Assembly: GCA_963783575.1 (NCBI GenBank)
Contig: CAWAOD010000015.1
Span: 96,001-160,000, forward strand
DNA length: 64,000 bases
Source: an uncultured Spirochaetota bacterium
GTDB lineage: Bacteria > Spirochaetota > Brevinematia > Brevinematales > JAOACQ01
Reading direction: 5' to 3'
A program made the position numbers and the translations under genes. Every line of letters starts with the position of its first letter. Within the stretch, counting starts at the first letter, position 1. The notes beneath the pieces are model-generated. The model searched no databases. It was not told where the DNA came from and saw nothing but the letters and a program-made list of their open reading frames with translations. This document shows positions 62,483 to 64,000 of the stretch, piece after piece.

Positions 62483-64000
62483 ATGACCGGAAAAATCAGT
62501 TTAAGATTGAAATTATTGGGTGTATTCCTGTTCGGGACATTCATATCCATCCTTGGCATAGGATTGATAGCCTATTTTATATCTCATAATATAGTGACAT
62601 CTATGGCAAATGCCGAAATTGATGATTTAACCCAATCATTTTTCGGCTCAGCCAAGGCTGCGTACTCAATCAGCCAGAATATGCTGTCGAATAATATAAT
62701 TATAGCGGAATCCTTGATTAAAAATAGAATTGAGCTGGACGCAAAAAAAACCGTGACCATCCAGGTTGTGAACCAGGCCAGTATGGAAGAAAAAAAGGAG
62801 ACAATCCCGCTAATGCTGATTAACGGAGATCCCGTAATTAGAGATACTTCGACTGTTGATGAAATAACTAAAACCTATGCTGAAATGGCTACGATTTTCC
62901 AGATTATACCTGAGGGTATGTTAAGGATCTCCACAACCGTTAGAAAACCCGACGGCTCAAGGGCGGTTGGAACCTATATTCCTTATGATTCACCCGTTTT
63001 TCAGTCTATTATTAAAGGGAATAGTTATATTGGAAGGGCTTTTATAGCTAATGACTGGTACAATACGGCATATAAACCCATATTTGATGATGATAATAAG
63101 GTAATTGGTGCGATGTTTATCGGGATTAAGATATCACAGACCGGCGTTCTGGCGTCCTTGAAGAAGGAATTGGGCTCTATCCGCATCGGGAAAAGCGGTT
63201 ATATGTATATAATAGATCCGAAAGGGACACTTCTGCTCCACCCTACTCAGGAAGGGAAAAATATTTACGATTCTGTGGATGCTAAAGGAAATTATTTTAT
63301 CAGGGAAATCTGCAGCAATAAAAACGGGACTATCATCTATCCATGGATGAATCCCGGTGAAAAAAAGCCCAGGGATAAGATTGTCATTTATAAATACTTT
63401 GAAGAAAATGATTGGATTATAGCATCAGGAGCTTATATCGATGAAATTTATTCTCCGATATATGTTCTTCAAAGAACAATGATCGTTGTCGGCATTATAG
63501 CCCTGATAATTGTGACAATCCTGGCAATTTTGCTTGCCAACTCGATAAGTAAACCGATAAATAAAATGACCGAGGACCTGTTTTCGTCTTCGAATAGCCT
63601 CGAATCGGCAGCAAATCAGGTTTCTTCATCCAGCCAGGAATTGTCCAGCGGCGCAAGCGAACTGGCCTCATCCGTTGAGGAAATGACTTCCTCGCTTGAG
63701 GAACTTCAGTCCATAATCGAATCAACCACAAAGAATATAAACGAAGCCGAACTTATGATGAAGAATACAATGGAAGGTTCCAGGGATGTTACTGCTAAAA
63801 TGAATGGTATGCAGAATGCTATGACAGATATAAGTGATAACAGCAGGAAAATAGCCAAGATTATTAAGGTAATTGATGACATAGCTTTTCAGACAAACAT
63901 TCTGGCACTCAACGCGGCAGTGGAAGCGGCGAGGGCGGGTGATGCCGGCAGGGGGTTCGCAGTAGTTGCCGAGCAGGTTAAAAACCTCGCGCAGAAGAGC
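62483..64000 (+). CDS. Methyl-accepting chemotaxis protein with Cache sensor domains (3'-truncated by the window; absent from the ORF track)
   Basis: GGAGG RBS; TM1; [17 protein letters not shown]...[18 protein letters not shown]; ends in frame with [40 protein letters not shown]. Confidence 0.92.
   Translation, partial: MTGKISLRLKLLGVFLFGTFISILGIGLIAYFISHNIVTSMANAEIDDLTQSFFGSAKAAYSISQNMLSNNIIIAESLIKNRIELDAKKTVTIQVVNQASMEEKKETIPLMLINGDPVIRDTSTVDEITKTYAEMATIFQIIPEGMLRISTTVRKPDGSRAVGTYIPYDSPVFQSIIKGNSYIGRAFIANDWYNTAYKPIFDDDNKVIGAMFIGIKISQTGVLASLKKELGSIRIGKSGYMYIIDPKGTLLLHPTQEGKNIYDSVDAKGNYFIREICSNKNGTIIYPWMNPGEKKPRDKIVIYKYFEENDWIIASGAYIDEIYSPIYVLQRTMIVVGIIALIIVTILAILLANSISKPINKMTEDLFSSSNSLESAANQVSSSSQELSSGASELASSVEEMTSSLEELQSIIESTTKNINEAELMMKNTMEGSRDVTAKMNGMQNAMTDISDNSRKIAKIIKVIDDIAFQTNILALNAAVEAARAGDAGRGFAVVAEQVKNLAQKS

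Noticed and set aside
137..63731. Numerous 60-170 aa ORFs antisense to or nested in the called genes
   Set aside because: No recognisable motifs, and they overlap well-supported CDSs; treated as shadow ORFs.

Overview
Bacterial chromosomal window. The omptin and lipoproteins suggest an outer-membrane (diderm) organism, but I cannot assign taxonomy from sequence alone. In order it holds: (1) a MoxR AAA+/DUF58/two-VWA operon (1-7.4 kb); (2) mixed genes at 7.4-16 kb (two SpoIIE/PP2C sensor phosphatases, cyclophilin, YhbD-like regulator plus bactofilin, omptin); (3) three tandem substrate-binding lipoproteins, a Cache/HAMP histidine kinase and a REC-GGDEF-EAL protein in one operon; (4) an RnfD-RnfC-like fusion and an HD-GYP protein; (5) a ~25 kb biosynthetic-type cluster at 27-52 kb; (6) a split chemotaxis cluster whose CheA carries a tandem MshEN-like motif. 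The cluster is the best candidate for an undescribed system. It has seven radical SAM enzymes (three cobalamin-binding type), six glycosyltransferases, a stand-alone condensation domain, an ACP plus ATP-grasp ligase pair with no adenylation domain, an extended SDR and an ABC exporter. Two of its transcription units share a duplicated ~190-bp sigma-54 promoter/enhancer cassette. Five single-base frameshifts split four genes and are most likely assembly errors. No rRNA, tRNA, CRISPR array or intact IS was seen. All family calls come from motif recognition, not database searches.
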